64,000 nt of DNA from an uncultured Acidobacteriota bacterium. GTDB taxonomy: Bacteria; Acidobacteriota; UBA6911. The notes under the pieces were generated by a model. The model saw only the letters and a list, made by a program, of their open reading frames with translations. It was not told the DNA's origin and made no database searches. Shown here piece after piece: positions 40,956-49,656 of this stretch. Numbering within the stretch: position 1 is the first letter of the stretch; the number at the start of each line of letters is the position of its first letter. The stretch is from the NCBI GenBank assembly GCA_963827655.1, contig CAWHCF010000023.1, positions 480,001 to 544,000 of the forward strand. The letters run 5' to 3'. Both the position numbers and the translations under genes were made by a program.

Positions 40956-41028
40956 TCGATTGCGGATTGCAGATTGCGGATTGCAGACTGCACCAATCGG
41001 AAATCTGCAATCCGCAATCCGCAATCGA
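40956..41028. repeat. Palindromic heptamer array filling the LOG-dgt spacer
   Basis: CGATTGCGGATTGCAGATTGCGGATTG ... CAATCGGAAATCTGCAATCCGCAATCCGCAATCG. Confidence 0.9.
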
Positions 41029-41874
41029 TTAAAGGTGGTGGATCCTTGTCAGCTCGGCCCTCAGATAATGAAATGCCTCTTCCGGGTCATCGGAGTGATG
41101 GACTAGATTGACATCACCGGGGGATATTGTACCCCACCGCACCATGGCATCGAGGTTGATCACCTCTTTCCAGTATTCCGAGCCGTATAGAAGCACCGGC
41201 ATCTTTTTCCGGGATTTTCCCGTCTGAACCAGGGTCAGGACCTCGAAAGTTTCGTCAAGGGTACCGAAGCCGCCCGGAAACATCACCAGGGCTTTTGCCA
41301 GGTAAACAAACCAGAACTTCCTCATGAAGAAATAGTGGAATTCGAACGCCAGCTCGTCGGGGACGTAGGCGTTGAGCCCCTGTTCGGCCGGAAGTGTTAT
41401 CGAGAGTCCGATAGACTGGCCGCCGGCTTCCCTGGCTCCACGATTGGCCGCTTCCATGATGCCTGGGCCGCCTCCGGAGCAGATCAGGAGCCGTTTCAGC
41501 CCGGTACTTAGCGTCTTGGCCCATTCCACGATGAGACGCGCCAGAACGATGGCATCTTCATAATATTTCGCCAGCCTGACCTGTTGTTCAGCTCTCGTCA
41601 GAAGATATTGCAGCTGGGGCGATGGTTCCGGCGCCGCCCTGAGACGTTCGCGCGCTTCGGCCAGATTCCGGTCGGCCATTTCGCGGGAGGTCGCCCGGGC
41701 GGAACCGAAGAATACAACCGTATCCTCGACACGCTGCCATCGCAGCCGGCTGGCGGGCTCCAGGTATTCACTCAGGATTCGCAAGGTCCGCGCGTCTCTG
41801 CTCTTGAGAAACTCAACATTCTCGTACGCCTTGCGCAGCTCCTTGCGTCTATTGGAAAGATCACCCATATTCAT
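41029..41874 (-). CDS. LOG family (TIGR00730) nucleotide monophosphate phosphoribohydrolase
   Basis: [46 protein letters not shown]. Confidence 0.93.
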   Translation of the reverse strand: MNMGDLSNRRKELRKAYENVEFLKSRDARTLRILSEYLEPASRLRWQRVEDTVVFFGSARATSREMADRNLAEARERLRAAPEPSPQLQYLLTRAEQQVRLAKYYEDAIVLARLIVEWAKTLSTGLKRLLICSGGGPGIMEAANRGAREAGGQSIGLSITLPAEQGLNAYVPDELAFEFHYFFMRKFWFVYLAKALVMFPGGFGTLDETFEVLTLVQTGKSRKKMPVLLYGSEYWKEVINLDAMVRWGTISPGDVNLVHHSDDPEEAFHYLRAELTRIHHL

Positions 41875-42003
41875 CTCGACTTGATCCGTGCAAAGACTAA
41901 CTGAAAACAAAGGCAGAAGAAAGATCTCCGGGATTCGCTCACAGTTCTTCGGAGTGGCGGCCGAGCGCGGCGCTGGGCGGTCGAACTGTCTATCCGAGCC
42001 ACG

Positions 42004-42032
42004 TTGACAAAGTAACTACCGGTGGTTACCAT
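42004..42032 (+). promoter_or_regulatory. Sigma70 promoter with overlapping palindromic operator; probably leaderless transcript
   Basis: TTGACA-17nt-TACCAT, then 6 nt to ATG 42039; GTAACTAC-CG-GTGGTTAC palindrome at 42012-42029. Confidence 0.75.
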
Positions 42033-42038
42033 CCCTTC

Positions 42039-42341
42039 ATGAAAGCCGTGGGGGTCAAAGTCCTCAAAGCCAGACTCAGCGAGTATCTCCGGCTGGTAAA
42101 AGCCGGGGAGGTTGTTCTTGTGACGGAGCGCGACACGGTGGTGGCGGAGTTGCGTCCCGCCAACCGTCAGAATAGAGCACCCGCAGACCTGGGGGAGCAA
42201 CTCGAGGTCCTCGCCGAGCAGGGAAACGCAACGCTGCGCAGCGAAAGCATCCAGGGTTGGCCCGGACCCAGGGAAAAGCTCAGGCTCAAGGGTTTCTCCA
42301 CTCAGTCCCTCCTGGACGACATCCGTGAAGATTCGCGATGA
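42039..42341 (+). CDS. Phd/YefM-type (prevent-host-death) antitoxin
   Basis: MKAVGVKVLKARLSEYLRLVKAGEVVLVTERDTVVAELRP. Confidence 0.9.
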   Translation: MKAVGVKVLKARLSEYLRLVKAGEVVLVTERDTVVAELRPANRQNRAPADLGEQLEVLAEQGNATLRSESIQGWPGPREKLRLKGFSTQSLLDDIREDSR

Positions 42342-42736
42342 GCGCCATTTTCCTCGAAACCTCCGCGCTGTTGCGCATGCTGTTTCAGGAAGACGGAGGC
42401 GATACTGTTGTGAAGCGTCTTCGCGCCTCGGAAAGGGTCATCTGCTCGAGACTCATCCGGGTCGAGGCGGAAAGGGCTTTGATCCGCCTGAGTCTGAACT
42501 ACTCCAAGAGCCACAAGCTCATCGCGAAACTACAGCACGAATTGAGGCTTTTCTGGCCCAAGGTGGACTTCATCGAGATAACGCGCGAGATCTGTGATCG
42601 CGCCGGCAGAATCGCACCGGGTTCGAGACTTCGTACTCTGGACGCAATTCATCTGGCGACCTATTATCGCGTCAGGGAATTGGATCCAATGATCGAGATG
42701 CTCACTTTTGACGAGCGGATAAGGGGGGAGGTTTGA
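42338..42736 (+). CDS. vapC: VapC PIN-domain toxin
   Basis: IFLETSALL, VEAERAL, LRTLDAIHLAT, TFDER; ATGA overlap with the antitoxin. Confidence 0.9.
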   Translation: MSAIFLETSALLRMLFQEDGGDTVVKRLRASERVICSRLIRVEAERALIRLSLNYSKSHKLIAKLQHELRLFWPKVDFIEITREICDRAGRIAPGSRLRTLDAIHLATYYRVRELDPMIEMLTFDERIRGEV

Positions 42737-43707
42737 AACGACGATACTTTTTCGCTGGGTTGTTCGTCCTCTTCAACGTCGCGGCCGCGGGTCAGCCCCA
42801 GCGCCCGCCCTTTACGCCTCCCGAAAACATCGATTATCGCAAAGCCGGCATCATCAGCGAAGGCACCCGCATGGCGGCGGAGTTGTTCGCGCTCAAGAGC
42901 CTTGCCGGGCAAGCACTCCCCACGATTCTCATGGCCCATGGCTGGGGAGGGACCGCGGCGCAGCTTCGCACCGTGGGACTCGACTTTGCGCGCGCGGGGT
43001 ATTTCGTCGTCACCTTCGACTACCGGGGGTGGGGGGAGAGCGACTCGCGCCTGGTTCTGACCGGGCCCGCACCCGCGGAGAAGAAAGCCAACCGCTTCAG
43101 CGCGGAAGTGCAGGAGGTACGTGAAGTAGTGGATCCGCTGGATATGACAACCGACTGGCTCAATGCGCTGCACTGGCTCCAGGGAGAACCTCAGTGCGAC
43201 AAAGCCAGGATTGGGCTCTGGGGCACCAGCTACTCCGGGGGCCACGTCGTTTATGTCGCGGCGCGCGACCCGAGAGTGAAAGTGATCGTGAGCCAGGTCG
43301 GAAGCCTGGATTCGCGTTCTCTGGAACCGAAGCTGGCGTTTGAGGAGGGGACGAAGCGGGCCCGGGGTGAAATCGGCTATCCTCCACCGCGCGCTCGAAC
43401 TGTGGGCAACCTCTCCGGCGCCCCGGTGCGCGAGAAACTCCTGCTCTACGCCCCCGTGGAAGATGTGGAGAAGGCTGCCAATTGCGCCATGCTCTTCATC
43501 ATTGCCGAAAAGGAGGAACTGTTCGACAACAAAGATCACGCCATCAAAGCCCACGACCGCGCGAAGGGACCCAAGAAGCTTATAACCATCCCCGGGATAA
43601 CTCACTACGGGATCTACACGACGGCGCGAGCAGACGCGACGCGTCACGCCCTTGAGTGGTTCGACCAGTATCTTAAAACGGTGCAGGCAGCCTTTTCCCA
43701 TTTTTGA
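42733..43707 (+). CDS. Secreted alpha/beta hydrolase (serine peptidase/esterase type)
   Basis: Signal peptide; MAHGWGG, FDYRGWGESD, IGLWGTSYSGGH, ITHYGIY. Confidence 0.88.
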   Translation: MKRRYFFAGLFVLFNVAAAGQPQRPPFTPPENIDYRKAGIISEGTRMAAELFALKSLAGQALPTILMAHGWGGTAAQLRTVGLDFARAGYFVVTFDYRGWGESDSRLVLTGPAPAEKKANRFSAEVQEVREVVDPLDMTTDWLNALHWLQGEPQCDKARIGLWGTSYSGGHVVYVAARDPRVKVIVSQVGSLDSRSLEPKLAFEEGTKRARGEIGYPPPRARTVGNLSGAPVREKLLLYAPVEDVEKAANCAMLFIIAEKEELFDNKDHAIKAHDRAKGPKKLITIPGITHYGIYTTARADATRHALEWFDQYLKTVQAAFSHF

Positions 43708-44603
43708 GTTCGGTGAAAGGCCAAATTGCGTTGCAGGAGACCAATTATGGGCCCCGACTGCGCGATTTGGAGCCTGTCAGTCGAACTTCCGCTCACAAAT
43801 TGGGAAAAGCGTAGCCTGTACCATTTTACAATCGCGTGGTGATTGACCGGACCGAATCCTTTGCCCAGGGATGGATGAGACTCAATCGCCGCGCTAATGA
43901 ATCGTTTGGCGATTGATACAGCGTCCGGCAATTCCCGCCCCTTTGCCAGCTCTGCCGTGATCGCCGCCGAGTAGGTGCAACCCGTTCCATGCGTGTGCGG
44001 CGTGTTTATTCGGCGCGCCCTGAATTGACTGGTGGATCCCTTCCAGAAGAGGACATCGACGGCATCCTCCTCCAGGTGCCCTCCCTTGATCAGCACCGCT
44101 TCCACTCCCTGCCGGGCGATGCGCCGGGCGGCTTCCTCCATCCCGGCTATATCGCGCACCGGCCCGCCTGAGAGAATCGCTGCCTCCTGCAGATTGGGCG
44201 TTACCAGAAAGCTCCGCGGCAGGAGAACCTGTGCCAGGACCGCCTGCCCTTCCTCTGAAAGAAGAATCGAGCCGTGCTTGCTTACCATTACCGGGTCTAC
44301 CACGAGCGGAAAAGCAAACCTGGCGGCTCTTTCCGCCACGGCGCGGATCACGGCGCCGTTCCCGAGCGCGCCGGTCTTCGCGGCGCCAGGCGGTATGTCC
44401 TCCAGAATCGCCTCGAGTTGAGCCTGGACGAATTCGGGCGAGAGGGTCTCTACTGCATCGACTCTTTGCGTATTCTGGACCGTCAGCAACGTTATGACGC
44501 TGGTCCCATAGACGCCCAGCTGATGAAAGGTCTTGAGATCTGCCTGAATGCCGGCGCCGCCCGACGGATCCGAACCCGCGATGGTCAATGCAACCGGCAC
44601 CAT
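43644..44603 (-). CDS. thiD: Hydroxymethylpyrimidine/phosphomethylpyrimidine kinase (3' end probably over-extended; domain ends near 43830)
   Basis: ALTIAGSDPSGGAGIQADLKTF, VVDPVM, TPNLQEA, LIKGGH, HTHGTGCTYSAAI, GPVNH. Confidence 0.95.
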   Translation of the reverse strand: MVPVALTIAGSDPSGGAGIQADLKTFHQLGVYGTSVITLLTVQNTQRVDAVETLSPEFVQAQLEAILEDIPPGAAKTGALGNGAVIRAVAERAARFAFPLVVDPVMVSKHGSILLSEEGQAVLAQVLLPRSFLVTPNLQEAAILSGGPVRDIAGMEEAARRIARQGVEAVLIKGGHLEEDAVDVLFWKGSTSQFRARRINTPHTHGTGCTYSAAITAELAKGRELPDAVSIAKRFISAAIESHPSLGKGFGPVNHHAIVKWYRLRFSQFVSGSSTDRLQIAQSGPIIGLLQRNLAFHRTQKWEKAACTVLRYWSNHSRA

Positions 44604-44648
44604 GAATTTCAGCCTCGGCCCTTCACCGCAAAGACGCCAAGAAGCCTG

Positions 44649-46028
44649 CTACAGCAGGGACCCTCGCAAGACGAACATTGCCACGGTGAAATAGATAATC
44701 AACCCTGTGACATCCACGAGCGTGGCCACAAAAGGAGCGGAAGACGCGGCCGGGTCGAAACCCATCCGGCGCAGAATAAAGGGAAGCATAGAACCTGTAA
44801 GCGTGCCAAACAGAACCACTCCCAGAAGACTGAGCGCTACCGTGACGGCCAGAAGAACGTAATGGGGACCATAGATGGTCTCACGGTTAGGCCAGAGAAG
44901 GATCCGGACGATCGCGATCGAACCCAAAAGACCGCCCAGGGCCGTTCCGGCGGCTACTTCGCGGCGCATGACGCGCCACCAGTCCCGCAGCCGAATTTCC
45001 TCCACAGCCATGGCGCGAATCACCAGGGATGCGGCCTGGGATCCCGAATTGCCGCCGCTGCTGATGATCAGCGGAATGAAGAGCGCCAGCACCACGGCGC
45101 GCGCAATCTCGTTCTCGAAGTATCCCATGGCCGTTGCGGTCAACATCTCTCCAAGAAACAGCGCGGACAGCCAACCCCCGCGCTTTCGCACCATCTCGAA
45201 AAACGGAGTTTCGAGATAGGGAAAATCGAGGGCCTCCATGCCCCCCATTTTCTGCATGTCTTCGGTGGCTTCTTCTTCGGCAACGTCCAGCACATCGTCG
45301 CTGGTGACAATCCCAAGCAAGAGACCGTCAGAGTCCACCACGGGAAGCACGAAACGGTCATACTCCTTCATGACCCGGACGGCTTCTTCGCGATCGTCCG
45401 ACGCGCGCAGTGCGACGAATTTTCGATCCATGATCGACTCCACCGTGGCCTGCGGGTCGGCCAGGAGGATGAGACGCAGCCGGAGGTCATCGACGAGTCT
45501 CAGCCGGTCTTCAACCACGTAGATCATGTTGATCGTCTCGGCGTCGTGACCGCGCCTGCGGATATGATCAAGGGCTTGTTGAATGGTCCAGTGGGCGCGA
45601 ATCGCCACGTAGTCCGGGGTCATCAGCCTACCGACGCTCTCTTCAGGGTATCCCAGCAGCGTGCGAGCTTCCTTCAGATCCTCCGGGCTCAATACTTCGA
45701 GCAGCCGCCGCGTAACCTGAGCCGGCAATTCTTCCAGCAACGCCGTTCTGTCGTCAGGGGTCAGATCCGCCAGGATGTGGCGGGCATCTTCATTGGTCAG
45801 GTTAAGGATGAGCTCGTTCTGCTTCCCGTGTTCCAGGTAGGCAAAAACCTCGCTGGCCTGTTTCCGCGGCAGCGCGCGGAACAACATCATTCGATCCGGA
45901 GGATCCAGCGCCTCGAGCTTGTCGGCCAGCTCCGGCGCCGGCATTGCGGAGAAGGCGTCCTTCAGCTCGCCCCAGCGTCGCTGGTCGATCAGTTGTTTTG
46001 TTTCTTCGTCGGACAGTACCCTTGCCAT
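44649..46028 (-). CDS. mgtE: Magnesium transporter MgtE
   Basis: YPEESVGRLMT, CBS pair, EEATEDMQKMGG, SSGGNSGSQA, DPAASSAPFVATLVDVTG. Confidence 0.96.
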   Translation of the reverse strand: MARVLSDEETKQLIDQRRWGELKDAFSAMPAPELADKLEALDPPDRMMLFRALPRKQASEVFAYLEHGKQNELILNLTNEDARHILADLTPDDRTALLEELPAQVTRRLLEVLSPEDLKEARTLLGYPEESVGRLMTPDYVAIRAHWTIQQALDHIRRRGHDAETINMIYVVEDRLRLVDDLRLRLILLADPQATVESIMDRKFVALRASDDREEAVRVMKEYDRFVLPVVDSDGLLLGIVTSDDVLDVAEEEATEDMQKMGGMEALDFPYLETPFFEMVRKRGGWLSALFLGEMLTATAMGYFENEIARAVVLALFIPLIISSGGNSGSQAASLVIRAMAVEEIRLRDWWRVMRREVAAGTALGGLLGSIAIVRILLWPNRETIYGPHYVLLAVTVALSLLGVVLFGTLTGSMLPFILRRMGFDPAASSAPFVATLVDVTGLIIYFTVAMFVLRGSLL

Positions 46029-46122
46029 TTTCTATTCCGGACGAATTGGATTCCTGGTTGGCTGACGATGTGGAACAAAGTCAACCACGAAGACGCGCAG
46101 CAACACTGGAATCTCGCCAGTG

Positions 46123-46836
46123 CTAATGACACCCCATGCAGGTAAACTTTACACCGTGACAGACTTTACATGAACTCTTGTCGGGCACTGCCAGGCGGCT
46201 GGAATGGGAGTCGGTGAAGCCAGGCGTGTGGCTGGCCGGTTTTAGCACGGTCTCCGGCGTGTGACAGTATGCGCAGCTAAAGGGCGGGTCAATCCTGGTG
46301 TGACAGACCAGACAGTCAGCCATCCTCGGCAGATGGGCTTCTGTGGCAAGATCCGTCTCGGTCACGCCACGATGACACGCCAGACATGAATTATCGGTAT
46401 TCAGAAAGCGCCGCAGGTCGCCGGGGGGCGACAGATAGCGGCCGCCATCGACGGCGCTGGCGAGAACGGGCGCGACATTCCCGAGACTGAGGTGGAACTT
46501 GTGATTGAAGCGAAAACTCCGCACAGGAAATTGAACCGCCACCGCCTTCTGCGGGTTCCGATGACAAACCGTGCATTCCTTTCTGGCTTGCGCGCCGTCG
46601 TGGCATACCAGACAGGTTTTTTCTTCAGGGCGATGGTTATCCTGAGCGGCAACGCTGGAAAGCGCGGAGGCGTGGCAAGCTTCACATTGAGTTGCCCCAC
46701 GCGCCAGATGATTTCGATGAGAAAAGATCAAATCCTGGCCGTTGACGACGCGAAGACCGAGTGCAAGGAAAGTCGACGCGATTCCCAGCACGAGAGCCGT
46801 CTTTGAATTTCTCTGCCAGTCTCCCAGGCACACCAA
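46123..46836 (-). CDS. Octaheme cytochrome c (cytochrome c3-like repeats)
   Basis: Eight CxxCH motifs (CEACH, CLVCH, CTVCH, CLACH, CLVCH, CAYCH, CKVCH, CMGCH); FSHRNH and FNHKFH distal-His motifs; N-terminal hydrophobic leader. Start uncertain. Confidence 0.88.
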   Translation of the reverse strand: MVCLGDWQRNSKTALVLGIASTFLALGLRVVNGQDLIFSHRNHLARGATQCEACHASALSSVAAQDNHRPEEKTCLVCHDGAQARKECTVCHRNPQKAVAVQFPVRSFRFNHKFHLSLGNVAPVLASAVDGGRYLSPPGDLRRFLNTDNSCLACHRGVTETDLATEAHLPRMADCLVCHTRIDPPFSCAYCHTPETVLKPASHTPGFTDSHSSRLAVPDKSSCKVCHGVKFTCMGCH

Positions 46837-46897
46837 AACCAGTGCAAAGACCCGACCACTCCGGGCCCGCCAGGCGCGTACGGTTGCGCCGGCCTCT

Positions 46898-48122
46898 CTA
46901 CCCCTTGTAGGTGATGCGCCAGATCTTGTTTCCGCCATCCTCGCTCATCAGCACAGATCCATCCGGAAGTTGCAGGAGGCCGACCGGCCGTGCCCCAGAC
47001 TTCCCGCTTGTCCGGTCCCAGCATAAACCCTGAGAGAAATTCACGCGGCTCTCCCACCGGCTTCCCCGCCTTGAACGGAACGTAGACTACGTTGTAGCCG
47101 ATGCGCATGGCGCGATTCCAGGAGCCGTGCTGCGCGAGGAAAGCTCCACCCTGATACTCATTCGGGAACATCTTTCCGGTGTAGAAAATCCCGTCCAGAA
47201 CCGCGACGTGCGCGCCAAGCACCACGTCAGGGACCAGCGTCTTCTGAACTAACTCGGGATTCTTCCCTTTGTTGCGGGGTTCCTCGTTGGGGCCAATATA
47301 GGCATAGGGCCAGCCGTAGAAGCCGCCCTGCTTGATCGACGTGAAATAATCCGGAACCAGGTCATCGCCCAGCCCGTCCCGCTCCTGGACCGCCGCCCAC
47401 AGTGTGTCGGTTCCCGGGTACCAGCGCATGCCGATCGTGTTGCGCACCCCGGTGGCGAAGATTTCGTGCCCGCTGCCATCGGGGTTATAGCGGTTGATCG
47501 CGGCGCGGCGGGGATCCTCTCCCGTGTCGACATTCGAGCCGGAACCCACGCTCACATACATCTTCTCTCCCTTGCGGTCAAACAGAAGCGTTCGCGTCCA
47601 GTGTCCCTTCCCGTGACCTTTGAGTGACACCACCTCCTCGCCAGGAGTCGCCACCTTCATTGTCTTGGCATCATACTTGTAACGCTTCACAGATTCCGGC
47701 TCGGCCACGTAAAGGTATTCCTTCCAGAATGCCAGTCCATACGGGCGATACAGGCCCTCCAGAATCGGCATTTTCTCGTCCGGCTTTCCGTCGCGGTTCT
47801 TGTCCACGAGAACATAAACGCCGCCTTTGTCGTCACTGTCGGAGAGAACGATTTCGTTGCCGCTGCCCAGGAGCATGAACCGTGGTTTCTTGAATCCGTC
47901 GGCGAAGACTTCGATATTGAAACCCGCGGGAACTTTGACCTGAGCACCGTCGGGCTGAGGAATGACCTGGGGCCGGTTATTGGCCGACGGCGTGTGAAAG
48001 GGGGGCGGAAGTTGTTTGGGGGCGAGCTGGTAAGCCATCGCTCCCGCGAGGCCCAGCAGCAACAGGATGAAGCCGAAGAGCGCAATTCCAGGTACCCTGG
48101 CGGTTGGAAAATTCTTTTTCAT
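46898..48122 (-). CDS. PQQ-dependent sugar / L-sorbosone dehydrogenase family protein (frameshift near 46990)
   Basis: VPAGFNIEVFA, HWTR, VSVGSGSN, GVRNTIG, ERDGLGDDLVPD, FYGWPY, HGSWNR; tail RPVGLLQLPDGSVLMSEDGGNKIWRITY in the shifted frame. Confidence 0.9.
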
Positions 48123-48273
48123 ACTCTCTCCCACGAAAGTGAACTCAAGCGTCTTGAAACGAACCCAAAAGTAATTATAGTTCGAGAACCCACAGGCCGC
48201 CTTTGAGTTTCTTTTTTTCCTGTCCAGAAGCAAAAGTCACGAAAAAACGGGAAGCCGGCAGCGAGAATGACCG

Positions 48274-49654
48274 CTACTTGAGGGTATAGACAAACCTCAG
48301 GATCTCCTTCTCCCGCTGGAGCACGCTGGTTTCCAGCGCCTTTCGCTGCTTTACCGACTGCTCTGCGGCTTCCTGCGCCTTCTTCTGATTCCCAACCATG
48401 GCGTAGGCCCGGGACAAGCGGTAGTACGCTTCGGCGAACGTCGGCCTGAGAGACACGGCTCTCTCGTAGGCGCCGATTGCTTGCGGATAATTTTCCTCGT
48501 CGAAGTAGATCTTGCCCAGTTCGAAATGAGCCTCAGGAAACTTCGGGTCAAGATCGAGGGCCTTGTTGAGCAATCGGACCGCTTCCCTCCGGTCGGGATT
48601 TGTCCCCTGGGCAGGTCTCAGAAGAGTGGCGGCGTACAAATAGTAAGGATAGGGATTCCCCGGCTGGAGCTCCATGTATTTCTTGAACTTTTCACCCAGC
48701 CAGTCGCCCGCGAACAGAGACTCATGAGCCGACAGGAAAACGAAAGCCTGGCCCAGAAAAAAATAGCCCGCGTCGGATTCAGGATCCGCGTCAATGGCCG
48801 CCCTCAACGCCGCAATCGCCTCTTCGAACTGATCACGCGCGATGTACACGGCCGACAGTCCCAGGTGCAACTTGGGTCTTCGCGGGAGCCGGCTGATCGC
48901 ACTCGTGAATATTTTCTCCGCGAGATCGAAGTTGCGATGGGAAAGAAATTCGTAGCCCAACGCAAACCAGTACTCTTCCTTTTCAGGCGCCAGGCGCACG
49001 GCAGCCTGATAGGCCTCGACGGCCTTGTCATAGTGATCGAGGCCCTTCGTAGACGTCACCGAGAAGATGCTGCAACTCCGCGGAGTCAGGCCAGGACTGG
49101 CGCGCGCGTTCGAGCACCCGGAGCGCGGTTTGATGGAATCCTTTCCTGGCGAGGGGCTCGGCAAGCTGGACGAAAAAACCGGGCTCGGCCGGGGCGAGAT
49201 CCAAAAGTCGTCGTACTGTTTCATCGACGCCTCCCCTTTCTCCCAGCTCGAGCTGGGCGGCCAAAAGGCCCTGCAACATTGCCATGTCCCTGGGATGCTG
49301 TGCGACGGCCTTCTTCAGATGCCGCGCGGCATCCGGAAACCGCTTGTGTTTGAGTTCGATCAGTCCCAGGTTAAAAAGTGCGTTAGCGTCGTTGGGCGCG
49401 AGAGTCAACGTTCTGCGAAAGTAGCGCGCCGCGGCGCCCTCATCGCCCCGGTGCAGAGCGTTGACTCCCAGATTGTTCAGTATGGGGATTGAATTCGGCT
49501 GGAGCTCCAGGGCCTTCAGAAAAGCGGTCTGAGCCCGCGCATGGTCACCCTCCTGGGTATAACGGATACCCAGGGCAAAGTATTGCTCGGCGGAGTTCTG
49601 CGGCGCGAAAGGGGCGCCGCTCAACAGAAGGGCCAAACCAACGGCGAATGCCAT
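48274..49654 (-). CDS. Secreted tetratricopeptide repeat protein (frameshift near 49040)
   Basis: Signal peptide; continuous TPR units across two frames (..HLLGDVYE / GLDHYDKAVEAYQAAVRL..). Confidence 0.85.
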
Positions 49655-49656
49655 TA

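Noticed and set aside
40955-41017. N-terminal extension MRIADFRLVQSAIRNLQSAIE of Dgt
   Set aside because: This is a translation of the heptamer palindrome, not a protein-like sequence.
43644-43830. C-terminal extension of ThiD as an extra domain
   Set aside because: It has no motif and overlaps the convergent hydrolase gene; a TAA lies one frame off just after GPVNHHAI, so a lost stop is more likely.
44274-46145. 623-aa plus-strand ORF (also 16068-17336, 34774-36252, 51739-52932 and similar)
   Set aside because: Antisense shadows of well-supported genes in GC-rich DNA, with no recognisable motifs.
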